From an uncultured Verrucomicrobiota bacterium (GTDB lineage Bacteria; Verrucomicrobiota; Verrucomicrobiia; Limisphaerales; AAA164-E04), in the NCBI GenBank assembly GCA_902560705.1, contig CACEMW010000004.1, positions 878 to 64,877 of the forward strand: a stretch of 64,000 nucleotides of DNA, read 5' to 3'. The first letter of the stretch is position 1; each line of letters starts with the position of its first letter. Positions 45,661-57,271 of the stretch are shown here, in pieces. The position numbers and the translations under genes are program-made. The notes beneath the pieces were generated by a model that saw nothing but the letters and a program-made list of their open reading frames with translations, made no database searches and was not told the DNA's origin.

Positions 45661-48456
45661 ATGTTATCGAGTTCGCAACAACATCTGCCTCGGGTGTCTG
45701 CCTGGCGAGACCGCCTGCCTTGGCTGATATTCTTGCTCTGCCCCCTGATCCTCTCACAAGAACCTTCTTCCAAGGTCTCCTTCATCCGCGAGATTGAGCC
45801 CGTGCTTCAGAAGCGCTGTCACAAGTGTCACGGGCCGGACAAGCAAAAGGGCGGACTTCGCCTGGATCAGCGCCCACGGCTTTTATTGGGAGGCGATAGC
45901 GGTTTGCCATCGGTTGTTCCTGGAGAGCCCGCCTCAAGCCCACTCAACCAGCGCATCCATTCAATGGATGGAGAAGAGCGGATGCCACCCGAAGGAGAAC
46001 CCCTTACTCGCAAGGAAAAGGATCTGCTGGATCGTTGGGTCCTTCAGGGTGCCATCTGGCCCAGTCAGGAGAGCGGATCGGATCCCTCACAAGCAAGGCA
46101 CTGGGCTTTTCAGCCGATCACAGCAGAGGGGCTCCTCGATGGAGCTCCCCATCCAGTGGATCACTTCATTGGCCAAGCCCTCTCAAAAAAAGGCATCACC
46201 CCCAACCCACGAGCTGCTCCCTCACAGCTACTGCGCCGACTTTCCATTCTATTGACGGGATTGCCTCCCACCGTTGAGGAGCTCGAGGCTTTTGAAGCCT
46301 CCTACCAAAGGAATGCCAAAAAGACAGTCGCTGACTGGGTCGACCGAAAACTTGCCTCGCCGCATTATGGAGAGCGCTGGGCTCAGCATTGGCTCGATGT
46401 CATCCGCTGGGCGGAAACCAATGGATCGGAAGCCAATCTCTATCGAAAAGGCGCATGGTTGTATCGAGACTATGTGATCGAGGCCTTCAACCAGGACAAA
46501 CCCTACGACCAGTTCGTCACCGAACAGATTGCAGGGGATGTACTGGGCGCAGGGGCTGCCACCGGATTTCTCGTGGCCGGCCCGCATGTCCCCGCAGCCA
46601 CCGTGGGACGAGAGCTCAGTGCCATTCGCCAGGCACGGGCAGATCGCATGGATGAAATCATGCAAACCATTGGGGCTTCCATTCTGGGGATCACCATGAA
46701 TTGCGCGCGATGCCACACACACAAATTTGATCCCATCACCCTCAAGGACTATTACGCCATGAGTGCTGTGTTCCAGGATATCGAATTTGGAAGCCGCAAG
46801 GTCGAGTGGCCCGTACAGGATGCCCGACAACAAAAGGCTCAAGGTCTTCAAGACTCTCTCCAAAAGGCGCGTGATCCTTTGCGCGACCTCGGAGCCTGGG
46901 AAGAAGATTGGACCGCCTACCGAGCCTGGCATTTTCCGGATATTCAGACCCAGGCCATTCGACTGCGATTTCTCAAGCCCAATGTCACCATCGATGAACT
47001 GGAAATCCTGGGGCCTTCGCAAACTGGGGTGAATCTGGCTTTGAAGCGCCACGGCACCAAAGTCACCGGCTTTCCTTCGCAAGGGGTGGACAACCGCAAC
47101 CCCATTGAGGTCATTCAGGATGGCATATTTGGCACGATGGCATGGCGCACCAAGAAGCAGAAGGATCTCAAGGACCTGCCATGGCTTGTATGTCACTTCG
47201 AAGAACGCCAGTGGGTGCACCAGATCAACCTCAGTGCCAACCGCGAAGCCTTTTACGATACCGATTACCTGGAACAGTCTCCACACCTCCCGACCTACGC
47301 CTTCGCTGTCGATGCCCAGCAGCCCGACGGGGCCTGGAAGGAAATCTGGAACACAAAAACACTCCTTTCACATGGCACCCATCCTCCAGAAAAGATGCAG
47401 GCCAAGGTCCAGGACTTGCAGACTATCATTCAAACCCTGAAAGCGGAAGGTCCTCCCATGGCCTTTGTGGGGCGTTTGATGGAACCGTCCCCCACCCGCG
47501 TCCTTTATCGCGGAAGTCCGGAGAACCCAAGGGAGGTGGTCGCACCGGCAGCCCCCGCCATACTCAATGGCTCCCTTGGGCTGACCCAGGAGACCAGCGG
47601 CCCCGACCGGCGCTTGCGCTTTGCCCAATGGATGACACACCCCGACCACCCCCTGCTGGCCCGCGTCATGGTCAATCGTGTCTGGCACCACCTCTTCGGT
47701 GTGGGGCTCGTCCCGACCACCAGCGATTTTGGTAAGGCCGGCAGCCCGCCCAGTCACCCAGCACTACTCGACTGGCTGGCTCACCATTTCATGCACCCTA
47801 GAGATTACAGTGACGCATGGTCCATCAAGGCGCTGATTCGCTTGATAGCCACCAGTGATGCTTTCAGTCGCTCCAGTGCCCCATCACCGGAGGCCATAGA
47901 GCTGGATGCAGACAATCGTTGGTTGTGGCGATTTGCTCCCAGACGGCTCGAAGCCGAAGTGATCCGCGACAGCATCCTGATGGCGGCCGATCGTCTCGAC
48001 ACTCGATTGGGAGGACCCAGCTACCGCATCCACAACATCAAGAAAACCTACGCACAGTGGGAAGTGACCGACAATCATGGCCCCCAAACCTGGAGGCGCA
48101 TGATCTATCAAGAGCGCATGCGGCGGGTGGACGACCAGTTATTCACTGCTTTTGACTTTCCAGACTGCGGCCAGATTCGATCGAAGCGACCTGTTTCCAC
48201 CACCCCCCTCCAGGCACTGAGCTTGATGAATAGCAACTTCGTCGTCGACCAGGCCAGGGCCATTGCCGATCAGGCTCAGAAGGAGACCGGCGGCATGGAT
48301 CACCACACGGCCGTGATCCGCTGTTTCGAACGCCTTGTCGCTCGACCGCCAGATGCTCAAGAACTGAGCCTGGGAATGGAACTGGCCGAGAGGCAATCTC
48401 TTCACCTGCTCTGCCGAAGCTTGATCAACGCCAACGAATTTGCCTTTCTGAGATGA
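45661..48456 (+). CDS. PSCyt1-DUF1549-PSCyt2-(discoidin-like insert)-DUF1553 family secreted protein
   Basis: The ATG at 45661 precedes hydrophobic LPWLIFLLCPLIL. Motifs: CHKCHGPDKQKGGLRLD, VDHFIGQAL..KGITPNPRA...LLRRLSILLTGLPP and CARCHTHKFDPITLKDYY, plus a C-terminal DUF1553-type region. Confidence 0.8.
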   Translation: MLSSSQQHLPRVSAWRDRLPWLIFLLCPLILSQEPSSKVSFIREIEPVLQKRCHKCHGPDKQKGGLRLDQRPRLLLGGDSGLPSVVPGEPASSPLNQRIHSMDGEERMPPEGEPLTRKEKDLLDRWVLQGAIWPSQESGSDPSQARHWAFQPITAEGLLDGAPHPVDHFIGQALSKKGITPNPRAAPSQLLRRLSILLTGLPPTVEELEAFEASYQRNAKKTVADWVDRKLASPHYGERWAQHWLDVIRWAETNGSEANLYRKGAWLYRDYVIEAFNQDKPYDQFVTEQIAGDVLGAGAATGFLVAGPHVPAATVGRELSAIRQARADRMDEIMQTIGASILGITMNCARCHTHKFDPITLKDYYAMSAVFQDIEFGSRKVEWPVQDARQQKAQGLQDSLQKARDPLRDLGAWEEDWTAYRAWHFPDIQTQAIRLRFLKPNVTIDELEILGPSQTGVNLALKRHGTKVTGFPSQGVDNRNPIEVIQDGIFGTMAWRTKKQKDLKDLPWLVCHFEERQWVHQINLSANREAFYDTDYLEQSPHLPTYAFAVDAQQPDGAWKEIWNTKTLLSHGTHPPEKMQAKVQDLQTIIQTLKAEGPPMAFVGRLMEPSPTRVLYRGSPENPREVVAPAAPAILNGSLGLTQETSGPDRRLRFAQWMTHPDHPLLARVMVNRVWHHLFGVGLVPTTSDFGKAGSPPSHPALLDWLAHHFMHPRDYSDAWSIKALIRLIATSDAFSRSSAPSPEAIELDADNRWLWRFAPRRLEAEVIRDSILMAADRLDTRLGGPSYRIHNIKKTYAQWEVTDNHGPQTWRRMIYQERMRRVDDQLFTAFDFPDCGQIRSKRPVSTTPLQALSLMNSNFVVDQARAIADQAQKETGGMDHHTAVIRCFERLVARPPDAQELSLGMELAERQSLHLLCRSLINANEFAFLR

Positions 48457-50117
48457 GCACTGCCAATCCTCCTGATCAACGCTGCGGGTGGCAAAAGATC
48501 TTCATGACCTTGAGCCTGAGTCTTGGTTTGGCATGCAGCGATTTGGAAGGTGCCGGTCCTTCCCCAACACACCCTAACATTTTATTCATTGCCATCGATG
48601 ACTTGCGTCCCGAACTGGGTTGCTATGGGGCAGAAAATGTTCACAGTCCCCATATCGATCGACTCGCTGCCGACGGCCTAAAATTCAATCGAGCCTACTG
48701 TCAGCAGGCCATTTGCAGTCCTTCACGTGCCAGCCTGATGACCGGGCTTTATCCTCACCGTCTGGGTGTGATTGAAAACACCACCTATTTCAGAGACCTT
48801 CACCCAGACATTGTCACCTTACCTCAGCATTTCAGACGACAAGGCTACGAAACGGTCTACTGTGGAAAAATCTTCCATGGCCGCATGACCGACGAGCCCC
48901 TGTCCTGGAGCCGAAAACCATACAGGAAAGGCATTCACTACCGAAGGGAGGCCACTCCGGGCGGCTATGCCCTCAAGGAGAATCAGGAACTTTGGCGAGC
49001 CAATCGGGAGCAAATGGTGGCGCGCTACGGACAGGCTCTAGCCGGCGGCTTGTTCAATGAACCGGCCTATGAGGCGGCCGATGTACCGGATCACGCTTAC
49101 GTTGACGGATTCCAAACCGACCTGGCCATTGCCACGCTCAAGGAACATACGGAATCAAAGCCGGAGCAGCCCCTCTTTCTGGCCCTTGGCTTCCAAAAAC
49201 CCCATCTGAACTTTGTCGCTCCCAAGCGCTACTGGGATCTCTACGATCCGGCGTCCCTCCCCCTGGCCGAAGACTCAAGACCACCCATTGGAGGTGCTGC
49301 CATGGGTTTGCATGCCTCGTTTGAGCTGCGCACGCGGGCAGGGATACCCAAACAAGGCCCCTTGGACCCTTCCCTGCAGCGGAAGTTGATCCACGCCTAC
49401 TACGCTTGCATCAGCTATATCGACGCGCAAATCGGCAAGATGATGCAGGCTCTCAAGGACACACAAACAAGGAGGCGTACCATTATTGTTCTCTGGGGAG
49501 ATCATGGTTGGCATCTGGGGGACATGGGTATCTGGGGGAAAGCAACCAACTATGAAATCGCCACACGAGTCCCCTTGCTGGTCTGGACACCTAACATGCC
49601 CATCAGCGGCCAAACCACTCAAGCGCTGGTGGAACTCATCGATCTTTATCCCAGCCTCTGCGAGTTGGCGGGCCTACACACCCCAACCCATTGTCAGGGA
49701 CGCAGCTTTGCTCCCTTGCTCAAGAACCCTCACCAAGCCTGGAAACCCTCTGTTCTGAGTCAGTATCCCAACCCAGCGCTTCGCGAATGGGCGGCCAACC
49801 CTCTTTCCGAAGGCATGCGAGCAACGTTTTTTGGACCTCTGATCGAAGAGGTGGAAAAAGGGATCATGGAACAGATGAAGAAGGGATGGGATCGAAACTT
49901 GTTTGAACAACACCTCATGGGCTTCAGCCTGCGCACGGATCGTTATCGATTCGTATCGTGGCGGGATACTCGCAACCGTTTGGCACCGGGTCTTTTCACG
50001 GAGCTTTATGACCATGGGAGGGATACCCAGGAAAGTTTCAACCTAGCACATGAGATGCCCAATATCGTTCGAAGGCTCCAGCAAGAGCTTGCGGGCTATC
50101 TGAAGCCAACCCCCTGA
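48453..50117 (+). CDS. Cys-type sulfatase (iduronate-2-sulfatase-like)
   Basis: Contains PNILFIAIDDLRPELGCYG, the formylglycine motif CSPSRASLMTG and WGDHGWHLG. The start overlaps the upstream stop (ATGA). Confidence 0.85.
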   Translation: MSTANPPDQRCGWQKIFMTLSLSLGLACSDLEGAGPSPTHPNILFIAIDDLRPELGCYGAENVHSPHIDRLAADGLKFNRAYCQQAICSPSRASLMTGLYPHRLGVIENTTYFRDLHPDIVTLPQHFRRQGYETVYCGKIFHGRMTDEPLSWSRKPYRKGIHYRREATPGGYALKENQELWRANREQMVARYGQALAGGLFNEPAYEAADVPDHAYVDGFQTDLAIATLKEHTESKPEQPLFLALGFQKPHLNFVAPKRYWDLYDPASLPLAEDSRPPIGGAAMGLHASFELRTRAGIPKQGPLDPSLQRKLIHAYYACISYIDAQIGKMMQALKDTQTRRRTIIVLWGDHGWHLGDMGIWGKATNYEIATRVPLLVWTPNMPISGQTTQALVELIDLYPSLCELAGLHTPTHCQGRSFAPLLKNPHQAWKPSVLSQYPNPALREWAANPLSEGMRATFFGPLIEEVEKGIMEQMKKGWDRNLFEQHLMGFSLRTDRYRFVSWRDTRNRLAPGLFTELYDHGRDTQESFNLAHEMPNIVRRLQQELAGYLKPTP

Positions 50118-50128
50118 ACCCTTGGATC

Positions 50129-51601
<1,473 letters not shown>

Positions 51602-51853
51602 ATCCTAGCTGACGCTGAATAGGCTTCCAATGGCGATCTCATGGCGATGATGATCGCCCACTCATTGACCACAAAGCCTTCCAGCACTTGCTCGATGCCT
51701 TCTACGATGCCATCATGTTCAAACTGTGGTAATGCTTAATAGGACAAGAGAGGCGGGCAAGCCTGGAACATCGAGCCTTGAGCACAAGCCATCCTATCCA
51801 TACGACCCTGAAGGCAATTTTGAATAGAAAACCTGGCAACTGCTAGCCCACTC

Positions 51854-52363
51854 ATGTCCCAAGAGACCAAGATCCCCGCAAGCGGCCGAATTGAAGGCAT
51901 CTATATAGCCGCTGGACACAATTACTTTGGGCGCCACGGCAAAGATGCCGCCACCTTTCCCATGGTGGCTGCCTCTGAAGCGGAATGCATCGCCGGCAAA
52001 GGGCTCTTTGGTGATCGTTTTTTTGAATACAAGTCGGCCTACAAGGGGCAAGTGACTTTTTTCGCCCTCGAAGTCTACCAGCGCCTTGAGGAGACCTTGC
52101 CTCGGTCCCATGGAAGTCCCGAGATCTTTCGCCGCAACATCATCACCTCCGGAATTGATTTGAATCGATTGATCGGAAAACGTTTTCGTCTGCAAGGCCT
52201 TCTTTTCGAAGGTACTGAGGAGTGCCGCCCCTGTTACTGGATGAACCGAGCTTGGGGGGAAGGTGCCGAAAAGACTCTCACCGGGCATGGTGGACTCAGG
52301 GCAAAAATCCTCGAAACCGGTTGGTTACGTATTGGATCCGCTTTTCAGGACCCGACATCATGA
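51854..52363 (+). CDS. MOSC-domain protein
   Basis: Contains RRNIITSGIDLNRLIGKRFRLQGLLFEGTEECRPCYWM...GGLRAKILETG. This is a beta-barrel MOSC pattern with the conserved Cys. Confidence 0.6.
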   Translation: MSQETKIPASGRIEGIYIAAGHNYFGRHGKDAATFPMVAASEAECIAGKGLFGDRFFEYKSAYKGQVTFFALEVYQRLEETLPRSHGSPEIFRRNIITSGIDLNRLIGKRFRLQGLLFEGTEECRPCYWMNRAWGEGAEKTLTGHGGLRAKILETGWLRIGSAFQDPTS

Positions 52364-52440
52364 CTTCTGGAGAGACTTGGTGTGTCGGGAATTTCATCTT
52401 GCGGCCCAGATAGGCTTGAAATACGCTTTAAGGAAATCAA

Positions 52441-53196
52441 ATGGCTGCCATCGGAAGATTCCAAAAGGGTGATGACATCTTTTACGCAAAGGTGGTCGAT
52501 GGCGAGCTTTACAAACTCAAAGGAGACGTCTTTGGATCTCCATCGTTTCAGAAGCAGCCGACCAACCCCAAGGGCATCAAGACCCTGGCCCCAGTGGCCC
52601 CTTCCAAGGTAATCGCCGTCGGCCTGAATTATGCCGATCATGCCAGGGAATCCGGAAAGCCTCTGCCCAAAACGCCTCTTTTTTGGCTGAAGGCACCCAC
52701 CTCATTGCTTCCCGATGGAGGTAAGATTGAGATACCCTTTGAAAAAAATCGCGTCGACTATGAAGCCGAACTGGCCATCGTCATCGGCAGACGGGTCCGC
52801 AATGTCACCCCTAATGCGGCTGCTCGATACATCTTCGGATACACCTCAGCCCAGGATATCAGCGATCGAACCATTCAACACTCAGAGAGCCAATGGGCGC
52901 GAGCCAAGTCCTTTGACACCTTCACGCCCCTGGGGCCCTATGTGGAAACAAAGATCGACCCTCACAAATTGACCATTCAACTCTTTCAAAACGGTCAGTT
53001 GAGGCAAAACTCGCTGACTGGTCAGCTGATTTTCAATTGTTTCGAGCTGGTCAGCTTCATCTCCACCAACATCACCTTGCTCCCCGGAGACGTCATATTG
53101 ACGGGAACTCCAAGCGGTGTAGGCCCCATTCAATCGGGAGACAAGCTTGAGGTTCGGATTCAGGGCATGGCTCCCTTGGTTAACTCGGTGAAATAA
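52441..53196 (+). CDS. fumarylacetoacetate hydrolase (FAH) family protein
   Basis: Contains VGLNYADHA, VDYEAELAIVIG, GYT.AQDISDR, KSFDTF.PLGP and GDVILTGTPSGVGP. Confidence 0.85.
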   Translation: MAAIGRFQKGDDIFYAKVVDGELYKLKGDVFGSPSFQKQPTNPKGIKTLAPVAPSKVIAVGLNYADHARESGKPLPKTPLFWLKAPTSLLPDGGKIEIPFEKNRVDYEAELAIVIGRRVRNVTPNAAARYIFGYTSAQDISDRTIQHSESQWARAKSFDTFTPLGPYVETKIDPHKLTIQLFQNGQLRQNSLTGQLIFNCFELVSFISTNITLLPGDVILTGTPSGVGPIQSGDKLEVRIQGMAPLVNSVK

Positions 53197-53253
53197 TCAG
53201 GATTTGCCCCTTGTTCCGCGGCTTACGTACGTATTAGGTTTCCCTCCTGATTT

Positions 53254-54987
53254 ATGCGCTGGTCACAATCCTTTGCCCCCACCCTGAAAGAAACACCTGC
53301 CGAGGCTGAAATTGCTTCGCATCAACTGCTGTTGCGAGCCGGCTTAATCCGGAAGCTGGCGGGAGGCCTTTACACTTTCCTGCCTATGGGCCTGAAAGCA
53401 TTGCAGAAAATCAGCCAGATCATCCGCGAAGAGATGAACCGAGCCGGTGCGCTGGAAATCCTAATGCCGGCACTTCAACCCCCCGAAATTTGGAAGGAAA
53501 GCGGACGCTACGAGACGGCCAGCGATGTCTTCTTCAAGGCCAAGGATCGGGCCCAACGGGAATGGGTTCTGGGCCCTACCCATGAGGAGGTGGTCACCAC
53601 CCTTGCAGCCGGTGAAATCAATTCATACCGACAGCTACCTAAAAACTTCTACCAAATTCAGACCAAGTTTCGCGACGAGATTCGACCCAGGTTCGGGCTC
53701 ATGCGTGCTCGTGAGTTCATCATGAAGGACGCTTACAGCTTCGATACAACCGATGAGGCAGCGCAGACGAGTTACCAGTCGATGTTTGATGCCTACGTGC
53801 GCATTTTCGAGCGTTGTGGTCTTCGAGCGCTGCCTGTAGAGGCCGACACCGGCGTCATCGGAGGCAAATTTTCCCATGAGTTCATGGTCCCGGCTGAGGT
53901 GGGTGAAAACGATGTGGTCTACGTTGAAACCGGTGAGTATGCCGCCAACGTCGAAAAGGCAACCAGCGGCTTGAAAAGCCCCTTGGCTTCCATTCCCAAA
54001 GAGGGCACGGAGTCCCTGCCCGCGTTCGAATCGTTCGAAACCCCAGGGGTCAAGACCATCGAACAGCTGAGCAAAGCCCCCTTTGAGGTGGAGGCTCACC
54101 GACAAATCAAAACCCTGGTCTATGTTGTTGAAGATCAACCCGTTCTTTTCCTGGTTCTGGGTTGTGATCAGCTCAATGAATCCAAGGTTGCAGGAATTCT
54201 AGGGACGAGCCAGTTCCGCCCCGCTGAGCCCAAGGAAATTCACGGTTGGCTCGGGGCCTACCCGGGCAGCCTTGGTGCAGTGGGTGTAGAAGAGATCCCC
54301 ATTTACGCCGATTTGTTTCTGGAAGGAGGCCAGGATCTGGTGACCGGCGCCAACAAGGACGGCTACCACCTCAGGCATGTCTGCATCGACAGAGACATCC
54401 TGGTCAAATCCTACGCAGATCTGCGAACGGTTCAGGCTGGAGAGCCCTGTCCGATCACAGGCAAACCACTCCAAATCCAGACCGCCATCGAGGTGGGTCA
54501 TGTCTTCAAATTGGGCACGAAATACAGCGAGGCCCTGCAGGCTCAATACCTGGATGAACAAGGAAAAAGTCAGCCCTGTGTCATGGGTTGTTACGGTATT
54601 GGCGTCACGCGAACCCTTCAGGCGGTCATTGAACAGTGCCGCGACGACCAGGGCATTTACTGGCCTGTCTCGGTGGCACCGTGTGTCGTGTGCATCACTC
54701 CTCTGATCTCCAAATCTGAAAGCGAGGTCATGCAGTGCGCCGAAAGTTTTTATCAACAACTTAGCGAAGCCGGCGTGGATGTGATTCTCGATGATCGAGA
54801 TGAACGTCCCGGGGTAAAATTCAAGGATTCTGAACTGATTGGTTTCCCCATGCGTATCGGTATTGGAGATCGATCCCTCAAGGAGGGTGAGGTGGAAATC
54901 AAGCCTCGCAAAGGAGACCTCATCAAGATCCCGAGGGATCAGGCAGTGGATTATGTCCTGAATTGGCTCGCCGAGGCTTCCAAGTAA
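53254..54987 (+). CDS. proS: prolyl-tRNA synthetase (bacterial type with editing insertion)
   Basis: Contains MRWSQSFAPTLKETPAEAEIASHQLLLRAGLIRKLAGGLYTFLPMG, FRDEIRPRFGLMRAREFIMKDAYSF, and class II motif 3 GCYGIGVTR. Confidence 0.9.
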   Translation: MRWSQSFAPTLKETPAEAEIASHQLLLRAGLIRKLAGGLYTFLPMGLKALQKISQIIREEMNRAGALEILMPALQPPEIWKESGRYETASDVFFKAKDRAQREWVLGPTHEEVVTTLAAGEINSYRQLPKNFYQIQTKFRDEIRPRFGLMRAREFIMKDAYSFDTTDEAAQTSYQSMFDAYVRIFERCGLRALPVEADTGVIGGKFSHEFMVPAEVGENDVVYVETGEYAANVEKATSGLKSPLASIPKEGTESLPAFESFETPGVKTIEQLSKAPFEVEAHRQIKTLVYVVEDQPVLFLVLGCDQLNESKVAGILGTSQFRPAEPKEIHGWLGAYPGSLGAVGVEEIPIYADLFLEGGQDLVTGANKDGYHLRHVCIDRDILVKSYADLRTVQAGEPCPITGKPLQIQTAIEVGHVFKLGTKYSEALQAQYLDEQGKSQPCVMGCYGIGVTRTLQAVIEQCRDDQGIYWPVSVAPCVVCITPLISKSESEVMQCAESFYQQLSEAGVDVILDDRDERPGVKFKDSELIGFPMRIGIGDRSLKEGEVEIKPRKGDLIKIPRDQAVDYVLNWLAEASK

Positions 54988-55028
54988 AACCTCAAATCTC
55001 GGTATCTGCGGTCACGTCAGACTTTCTC

Positions 55029-55463
55029 TCAAAGAGGGTCGATACTCGCAGGTCTTTGACTCCCTTCACACACAAGAATGATGCGATGTGCTCTTCCAAG
55101 CTCCAGCCAAGCCTTTGGATCCAGGGTCTGAACGGTGCCCGAAATCTGTGCATCTGAACCCTCCGTGCGGCAGGCATAGACCCTACCCTGTAGCTGAGAG
55201 AGCACCTCTTGCATGGTTGGATCTTGATCGGCCCACTTTCTAAGTCGAACGATCGCCACTGCAGGTTCCAGAAGAATCCCCACCGAGACACACCAGCGCG
55301 CATCCCCGAGAAAGTAGCGTACCCATCGAAGTCCTTCCTGAGCGCCAGCATGGTCACTGAAGACAGTGTTCCATAAAACCAGAATTGGTTGACCGGGGAG
55401 GGCGCATACATCCACTGATGGATCAGCGGATGTTTCAGGATGGGTTGAAAACACCGATTTCAT
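55029..55463 (-). CDS. DsrF/TusC-like protein (tentative)
   Basis: ILVLWNTVFSDHAGAQEGLRWVRYFLGD...VSVGILLEPAV...VYACRTE loosely follows the TusC/DsrF pattern. It overlaps the upstream gene end by 29 nt, and an alternative-frame ORF (54992..55411) competes with it. Confidence 0.35.
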   Translation of the reverse strand: MKSVFSTHPETSADPSVDVCALPGQPILVLWNTVFSDHAGAQEGLRWVRYFLGDARWCVSVGILLEPAVAIVRLRKWADQDPTMQEVLSQLQGRVYACRTEGSDAQISGTVQTLDPKAWLELGRAHRIILVCEGSQRPASIDPL

Positions 55464-55785
55464 CAGAGTGGAGAAGAATATCCGACAACAGGGTCAAACC
55501 CGCTGGAAGGATCCATGCGGGTGTATCCATGTCTTCCTGCTCCAAGGCCAGAGAGCATGCAAAGCATCGGACACCCAGCTCTTCCAGGGAGGCCATTGCA
55601 GGGTGGTGGGCTCCTCTGACTGCATGGTGAAGAAGATAAAGATAGGTTTGCTTACCATCTTTCAAGGCCTCCTGAGCATGAGCCACGGCGTGATTGAAAG
55701 CGCAATCTTCCGGCGGGGCATGCACCAAGACGCCAACAGTGATTTTCTTTTGGCTATAGGACCGTGGAGTCGATAATGAGACCAT
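55435..55785 (-). CDS. DsrE/TusD-like protein
   Basis: The ATG at 55785 lies 2 nt after the ogg stop. Contains KITVGVLVHAPPEDCAFNHAVAHAQEAL..GKQTYLYLLHHAV and VRCFACSLALEQ. Confidence 0.5.
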   Translation of the reverse strand: MVSLSTPRSYSQKKITVGVLVHAPPEDCAFNHAVAHAQEALKDGKQTYLYLLHHAVRGAHHPAMASLEELGVRCFACSLALEQEDMDTPAWILPAGLTLLSDILLHSDEIGVFNPS

Positions 55786-55787
55786 TT

Positions 55788-56693
55788 TCAGGATCCTTGG
55801 GCAAAGGGCGATGCTTTGACCATGGCTTGCCAAACCTCTGAAGGCAAGTTCCTCACATGATCAAAGAGATATTGCTGTGCATAGCCAGAGTGAGGACCGA
55901 AGTAATCCGCAACGAAAGCCTGCACTTGAGCCACAGAACTTTTCTGACCAGGGAGATAATAATCCTCAAGGATGCGTCTGATCCAGACATCCATGGGAAA
56001 TGCCTCCTGAAAGCCATACCCGAAAAGAAGGACGCATTCAGCAATCTTTGGGCCTACTCCAGGGCATTGCATCAGGACTTCGCGTGCTTCCTCCAGAGAG
56101 CTTGTTCTCAGAGAGTCGAGGTGGATTTGGCCCTCTTGAATCAGGCATGCCGTCTGGTACAAGTATTTGGCGCGATATCCCATACGGCAGGCGCGTAAGC
56201 GGGATTCACCCGCTTGAACCAGCTGCGCAGGATCAGGGAAAGCCCAGGCTGCTGAATGATGCGCCTGCATGGCGTGAGGAGAACCAAATCGACAACTGAT
56301 TTCCTGAACCGTTTGTCGGATCTGAATAATCTGTTTGGTGGATGAAAGGATGAAAGAAGCCAAGGTTACCCACGGGTCTTGCCGCAACAGCCTCAGCCCC
56401 TTGTAAGCATGAGTAGCTTCTCGCATCAGCGGGTCTTTAGGGAAGCTTTTGAGGATTCTTTGCAGGGATTGATCCAATCCGAAGTAATGACTGAGGTCCT
56501 GACGCCCCAGAGAGGGGCTTGCGGTGGTATGCACTCGCAACAAGGAAGCCTTTGGCTGATGCAAATGATAGAAGTATTTGCCCAGCATTCCATGCCAATG
56601 GCATCCATCCGATGTCGCCCAGTGAAACACTTGCCCAGAGACCAAGGTCAACCCGAGATTGAAATCCCTAACTCGTAGATCAAAGCTTTCCAT
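55788..56693 (-). CDS. ogg: 8-oxoguanine DNA glycosylase/AP lyase (OGG1-type, HhH-GPD)
   Basis: The N-terminal OGG_N-like segment is LGLTLVSGQVFHW. The HhH-GPD block is CPGVGPKIAECVLLFGYGFQEAFPMDVWIRRIL. Confidence 0.7.
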   Translation of the reverse strand: MESFDLRVRDFNLGLTLVSGQVFHWATSDGCHWHGMLGKYFYHLHQPKASLLRVHTTASPSLGRQDLSHYFGLDQSLQRILKSFPKDPLMREATHAYKGLRLLRQDPWVTLASFILSSTKQIIQIRQTVQEISCRFGSPHAMQAHHSAAWAFPDPAQLVQAGESRLRACRMGYRAKYLYQTACLIQEGQIHLDSLRTSSLEEAREVLMQCPGVGPKIAECVLLFGYGFQEAFPMDVWIRRILEDYYLPGQKSSVAQVQAFVADYFGPHSGYAQQYLFDHVRNLPSEVWQAMVKASPFAQGS

Positions 56694-56716
56694 GATCTAA
56701 AACCTCGGAAGGGCCC

Positions 56717-57271
56717 TTAATAATGAATCAGGGATCTTGCCGAGACATCCCCCAGGCCTTTGCGCCCTCCGAGAAAATCCAGTTCAATCAGAAAGACCGC
56801 TTCCTTGATGTCAGCCTTCAGACTTCCCAGCAATTGAAGAGCTGCAGCTGCAGTGCCGCCGGTGGCCAGAAGATCATCGACAAGAAGAACACTTGCTCCT
56901 GATGGAACCGCATCGACGTGCATGGCCACGGTGTTGGAGCCGTATTCGAGATCGTAGGACTTTTCAATCGTCTGGTAAGGAAGCTTCCCTTTTTTACGCA
57001 CTGGAACAAACCCTGCGGAAAGTTTTCTCGCGGCGGCCGCAGCAAATATGAAACCCCTGGCATCAATCCCCACCACCGCATCGATGTCACCTTGCTGATA
57101 AGGTGCAGTCATCAAGTCCACGGATAGTTCAAAGAGCTGTGGGGCAGCAAGAAGCGGAGTGATATCCTTGAATTGAATACCAGGCTGAGGAAAGTCTGGA
57201 ACGTTGCGTATGGCCTCCCGGAGACGCTCAATATCGGATGACATGCTTCGCTCTCTTGGCTGATCCGTCAT
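56717..57271 (-). CDS. apt: adenine phosphoribosyltransferase
   Basis: Contains IRNVPDFPQPGIQFKDITPLL, VVGIDARGFIF, and the PRPP loop VLLVDDLLATGGTA. The start may be the downstream ATG at 57244. Confidence 0.85.
   Translation of the reverse strand: MTDQPRERSMSSDIERLREAIRNVPDFPQPGIQFKDITPLLAAPQLFELSVDLMTAPYQQGDIDAVVGIDARGFIFAAAAARKLSAGFVPVRKKGKLPYQTIEKSYDLEYGSNTVAMHVDAVPSGASVLLVDDLLATGGTAAAALQLLGSLKADIKEAVFLIELDFLGGRKGLGDVSARSLIHY

Noticed and set aside
46249-47286. 345-aa minus-strand ORF. The same applies to 37770..38858, 30283..31284, 36034..36774, 50840..51595, 41850..42575, 11577..12287 and 40396..41025.
   Set aside because: All lie antisense within long genes that have clear family motifs, and none shows domain-like sequence. 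They are treated as shadow ORFs.
51602-51853. Intergenic stretch whose minus strand translates to a protein-like fragment (…FEHDGIVEGIEQVLEGFVVNEWAIIIAM…)
   Set aside because: It is too short, has no start or stop context, and matches no recognisable family.
54992-55411. 139-aa minus-strand ORF overlapping the DsrF-like ORF in another frame
   Set aside because: It has no motifs. The competing frame has weak but real DsrF/TusC-like similarity, so only that one is reported, and at low confidence.
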